A stretch of 62,735 nucleotides of DNA, the filler included. It is 5 parts of 5 records of this genome, joined end to end, with 100 filler letters (N's around TTAATTAATTAA, not from the genome) between each part and the next. Parts side by side here need not be neighbours in the genome. Positions count along the whole stretch, not along the records: positions 51,181 to 62,735 come from SRR20825006_832; 4 more parts are not named here. One strand, 5' to 3'. Numbering within the stretch: the stretch's first letter is position 1; each line of letters begins with the position of its first letter. The notes under the pieces were generated by a model, which saw only the letters and a program-made list of their open reading frames with translations, did not search any database and was not told where the DNA came from. The translations under genes and the position numbers were made by a program. Positions 59,263-62,735 of this stretch are shown here, in pieces.

Positions 59263-59293
59263 TTGAGCCTCCTGCTGGTGGAAGGTCTAGCAT
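59263..59293 (+). promoter_or_regulatory. MerR/CueR-type promoter of the ccdA-like/MFS operon
   Basis: TTGAGC-19 bp-TAGCAT with AGCCTCC-N7-GGAAGGT dyad. Confidence 0.65.
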
Positions 59294-59326
59294 CAAGCTC
59301 CAAGATTAATGATTTTAAGGGCACCT

Positions 59327-59995
59327 ATGGAGATCACTGATCAAACGCTGCTGCTTGCATTCGGCCTTGGGTTACTTGGCTTTATCGAACCCTGCACTAT
59401 CGGCGCACATATGCTTTTTCTGGGAGGCCAGAGAATCCGCCCGATGGGTCAGCGGATCAGCGCAGCTTTCATCTTTCTTCTGGCACGGCTCGTCGTGATG
59501 GGCGGATTCGGTGGCTTGATCGTCGTGCTGGGCCAGCGCCTTATCGAGGTGCAGACCGGTGCGTGGCTAGCTTTCGGCGCAATTTATCTTGGCTTTGGGT
59601 TTGCGATACTCGCGGGATGGGACAAAATAATGCGCCACCGCATCGGGTTAGCGCCTGAACGATGGAAGATTGCCTCCAACCCGCTGCTTCAGGGACTGGC
59701 GTTCGGCCTGAACATTCCCGCCTGCGCAGCACCAATCCTTTTTGGGCTTATCGGCACAGCGACCGTCAGCGGGTCGGCCACGACTGGTTTTCTTATGATG
59801 GGGGTCTTTGCGCTAGCGCTGTCGCTCCCACTCCTACCGCTCTCCGTAGTTCCCGGTCTTGCCCGGCCCCTTGATCGGCTTTCGGACTGGTTGCGACCGC
59901 GTCGCTGGCTACTGGGCATGATCTTCATAGGGCTAGGTATCTGGTCAATTTGGTTTGGCCTGTTCGTAGAACCTGTGGATTGGAGTGGGACGTGA
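59327..59995 (+). CDS. CcdA/DsbD-type transmembrane protein
   Basis: About 6 TM with paired EPC and PAC cysteines. Confidence 0.75.
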   Translation: MEITDQTLLLAFGLGLLGFIEPCTIGAHMLFLGGQRIRPMGQRISAAFIFLLARLVVMGGFGGLIVVLGQRLIEVQTGAWLAFGAIYLGFGFAILAGWDKIMRHRIGLAPERWKIASNPLLQGLAFGLNIPACAAPILFGLIGTATVSGSATTGFLMMGVFALALSLPLLPLSVVPGLARPLDRLSDWLRPRRWLLGMIFIGLGIWSIWFGLFVEPVDWSGT

Positions 59996-61230
59996 CCCCC
60001 CGCCGCCGCTTTTGGCATGTGGCGGGCGCAGGCACTGCATTCCAGGCTGGTTCGGCAGCGGTGGACAGCGCAACAGTGATGTCGGCGCTGGTCTACCAAC
60101 TGACGGGCAGCGCTGTCGCCGTCGGAGCGGTTTCGACGATCCTGCGACTCGGCTGGCTTCTCCCTCAACTCTTCGTTGGCTATTTCGCCGGTCGTGGTGC
60201 TTCCTCCATGCCGTTCTATGTCGTGGGCGCGTTTGGACGAACGGCGGCCATTGCCATGCTCGCAATCGCACTCTGGCTCGGCGCGAAATTCGGCGGGACC
60301 TACGCAGCGCTCGGTACAGTGACACTTGTGCTGTGGGTACTGTATGCCTTCCTCAGTGGTATTGTCGGCGTTCCCTACAACGATATTGTTGCCCCGTCCG
60401 TTCCGTCGGAACGCCGGAGCCGGATGCTTTCAATCCGCTTCTTCGGTGGAGGGATTGTTGCACTTCTTGTCGCCGCGTTGGCAGACAAACTGTTCCGGAC
60501 GCTCGACTTCCCGATCTCCTATTCCGCAGTGCTGGGGATCGCGGCGAGCCTGATGTTGGTGTCGTCTTTCATTTTCACTGCGATGGGAGAGCCCGAACAG
60601 ACAATGCCTACCAAAGCGGCCACAAGTTTCACGGCCTATCTGCGAGAGGGGGCCGTGACGTTTCGAGACGATCCAGTGTTCCGCCGCTTCGTTTTTGCAC
60701 AATGGTGCGGCGGCGCGGTTCTCATTGCCGCTCCATTTTTTATCGTCGCGGCCAACAGGCTTGGGGTAGGTTTGGAAAACGTGGCGCTTTTGCTCGGTGC
60801 CCAGACCGTGGGAGCGCTTGCGGGAAATCCGTTATGGGGCTGGTGGGGCGATAGCCGGGGCAAATTGAGCCTTATGCGCGGGATCGCAGTTGCCCGCATG
60901 GCTCCGCAAATTGCACTTCTGGTTCTTCTGCTGATACCCGTGCCGCCGGAGGCAGCCATGCCGGTTCTGCTCGTCGTATTCTTCGTTCTCGGCGCATTGG
61001 CGAATGGCTTGACGATTGCGGTCATCGGACTGCTGATGGAGATATCGCCGGACGACCGACGCCCTGCCTATAGCGGGTATTTCAACGCGCTGACGGCACC
61101 CGCTTTCGTTCTCCCGCTTGTCGGAGGTTTAGCCGTCGCCTCCTTGGGAACATGGATCGTATTCGCGACTGCGCTAGCTGCTGCAATCGGTCAAGCCACG
61201 TTTCTTGTGCGCATCGACGTAAGAGAATGA
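59992..61230 (+). CDS. MFS transporter
   Basis: About 12 TM, LPQL, WGWWGDSRG, ISPDDRRPAY; GTGA overlap with the upstream stop codon. Confidence 0.82.
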   Translation: MTPRRRFWHVAGAGTAFQAGSAAVDSATVMSALVYQLTGSAVAVGAVSTILRLGWLLPQLFVGYFAGRGASSMPFYVVGAFGRTAAIAMLAIALWLGAKFGGTYAALGTVTLVLWVLYAFLSGIVGVPYNDIVAPSVPSERRSRMLSIRFFGGGIVALLVAALADKLFRTLDFPISYSAVLGIAASLMLVSSFIFTAMGEPEQTMPTKAATSFTAYLREGAVTFRDDPVFRRFVFAQWCGGAVLIAAPFFIVAANRLGVGLENVALLLGAQTVGALAGNPLWGWWGDSRGKLSLMRGIAVARMAPQIALLVLLLIPVPPEAAMPVLLVVFFVLGALANGLTIAVIGLLMEISPDDRRPAYSGYFNALTAPAFVLPLVGGLAVASLGTWIVFATALAAAIGQATFLVRIDVRE

Positions 61231-61428
61231 AGGAGATAGACGGGTCTACTCGGCTATCCGGATGAGAAGCGGACATGCGGCCAATGTCTGGAAAGTCCGC
61301 AATGCTGACCTACGCGATTGATTGATCGTCTTCGAAGGTTCCGCCGAAAGCGGTCATCTGCGCTCGCTCGTTTATGAGTACACGCCCTATACTATGCTTG
61401 GCTTGGTGAACGCTCGTGCCGCCCTGCC

Positions 61429-62735
61429 TCACCCTGAGCAGCACGACAGCTTCGCTACGTCTTTGTCGAAGGTTTGCGCAGCGAGTTTCAGGCCTTCTAC
61501 TGTCGTGAGATAGGGGAAGATCGTCTCACCAAGCGCCTTGGTCGTCATCCTCGCCTTCAGCGCCATCGCGAGCGTCTGGATGCTGTCCGCTCCCTCCGGC
61601 GCCATGATCACACCTCCCAGCAGGCGGTTGGTCGCCTGGTCCGCAACGAGCTTGATCAGGCCCCGCGTGTCGCGGGCGGCGAGCGCGCGGGGCACGTTGT
61701 CGAGCGACAGCTCGCTCGTCATGACGTCATATCCTGCCGCACGCGCCTGCTCCTCTGTCAACCCGACTCCCGCGACCTGCGGATCGGTGAACACAACCCA
61801 GGGCATCGCGGCGTTGTCGTAGCGCTCCGCCCCGCCTAGCACGGCGTTGCGAGACGCGAGCTTGGCGCCGTAAGCGGCCATGTAGACGAACTGGTCGCGG
61901 TCCGTGACGTCACCCGCAGCGAAGATCCCGGGCTGCGTCGTCTGCATGTCGTCGCCAACCCGGATTGCACCGCGTGCGTCGGTCTCGATGCCTATCTCCG
62001 CGAGGCCCAGTTCCTCGGTGTTGGGTACACGTCCCGTCGTCAGAACAAGACGGTCAGCCATCAGATCGAGCTCGGCCCCGTCCACCGTCACGGTCAGGAC
62101 TGCACGGTCCCCGTTGCGTCGCGCGGTATCGTAGGTCGCGCCGTCAAGAACCGTGACACCCTCAGCGCGCAAAGTCGCCGTGAGCACTTCTGACACTTCC
62201 GGCTCGGTGCGCGGCAAGAGGCGCGAGCGGCAGACGATGGTGACGCGGGCGCCCATCCGAGCCATCATCTGTGCGAGTTCGACACCGATATAGCCACCGC
62301 CGAGGAAGATCAGGCTGTCGGGCAACTGTTCCAACTTCAGAAGCGATGTGCTGTCAAGCGTGGGGGCGTCTTGGATGCCGGGGATATCGGGCACGGCCGG
62401 GCGCCCGCCGGTGGCGACAATTACCCTGGGTGCCGTGAACTTACGACCGGCGACCTCGACTCCGCCGGGGACGAGCCGCGCGTGACCCTCGTCAATGTAA
62501 GTCACGTCCTCGTATGCCGGCAGCAGGTCGGCATATTTTTTCTTGCGCAGTGTCGAAACGAGATCGTCCTTGGCGGTGACATGCGCTGCCCAGTCGGCGA
62601 CATGCGCCTCGCCATGCAGGCCCGGGAACCGATGCGCCGACTGGGCACCATGCAGGGCTTCCGCAGCGCGTATCATTGTTTTCGAGGGCACGCAGCCGAC
62701 GTTCACGCAGGTGCCGCCGATGGTGCCATGCCCAA
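61429..62735 (-). CDS. merA: mercuric reductase, 5' end cut
   Basis: GGTCVNVGCVPSK redox pair, FVYMAA, IFPYLT, C-terminal LSCCSG vicinal cysteines. Confidence 0.93.
   Translation of the reverse strand, partial: GHGTIGGTCVNVGCVPSKTMIRAAEALHGAQSAHRFPGLHGEAHVADWAAHVTAKDDLVSTLRKKKYADLLPAYEDVTYIDEGHARLVPGGVEVAGRKFTAPRVIVATGGRPAVPDIPGIQDAPTLDSTSLLKLEQLPDSLIFLGGGYIGVELAQMMARMGARVTIVCRSRLLPRTEPEVSEVLTATLRAEGVTVLDGATYDTARRNGDRAVLTVTVDGAELDLMADRLVLTTGRVPNTEELGLAEIGIETDARGAIRVGDDMQTTQPGIFAAGDVTDRDQFVYMAAYGAKLASRNAVLGGAERYDNAAMPWVVFTDPQVAGVGLTEEQARAAGYDVMTSELSLDNVPRALAARDTRGLIKLVADQATNRLLGGVIMAPEGADSIQTLAMALKARMTTKALGETIFPYLTTVEGLKLAAQTFDKDVAKLSCCSG

Larger units (their letters stand above)
58344..61387. 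mobile_element. putative cargo-carrying IS5-type element
   Basis: Inverted termini GGCCGTGGACTCAT and GGGCGTGTACTCAT (12/14 match), each flanked by TA. Confidence 0.55.

Overview
This window is not one locus. It holds five unrelated contigs joined by 100-nt artificial linkers (44 N + TTAATTAATTAA + 44 N at 12138-12237, 17573-17672, 39894-39993 and 51081-51180). Taxonomic labels are inferred from gene content only. Contig 1 (1-12137, alphaproteobacterial) carries tamA/tamB, macA/macB, an SDR, a secreted protein and two partial genes. Contig 2 (12238-17572, Rhodobacteraceae-like) carries an AI-2E transporter, an Hda-like ATPase, ppk1 and ppx. Contig 3 (17673-39893, Myxococcota/Bradymonadales-like) is the richest. 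It opens with a small lipoprotein-like peptide holding three exactly 21-aa-spaced x-YG-x-P units next to a splicease-like radical SAM/SPASM enzyme. It also encodes an RlmD-type methyltransferase fused to an apparently dead pseudouridine-synthase domain, several lipoproteins sharing Asp-Met repeat linkers, a tandem GON-domain lipoprotein, a Ser/Thr kinase and a triple-FHA ABC transporter. Contig 4 (39994-51080, alphaproteobacterial) has TetR-MFS, copA-cueR-cytochrome c, alkA, a PAS-GGDEF-EAL protein and an SRAP protein. Contig 5 (51181-62735) is a heavy-metal island. It contains copA, a CutF-like RAPP leader whose stop codon can pair with the multicopper-oxidase RBS region, a CopG-like protein, an unannotated Met-rich microprotein, a decayed IS5-type element apparently enclosing two cargo genes, and merA. 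No CRISPR array, rRNA or tRNA was seen.
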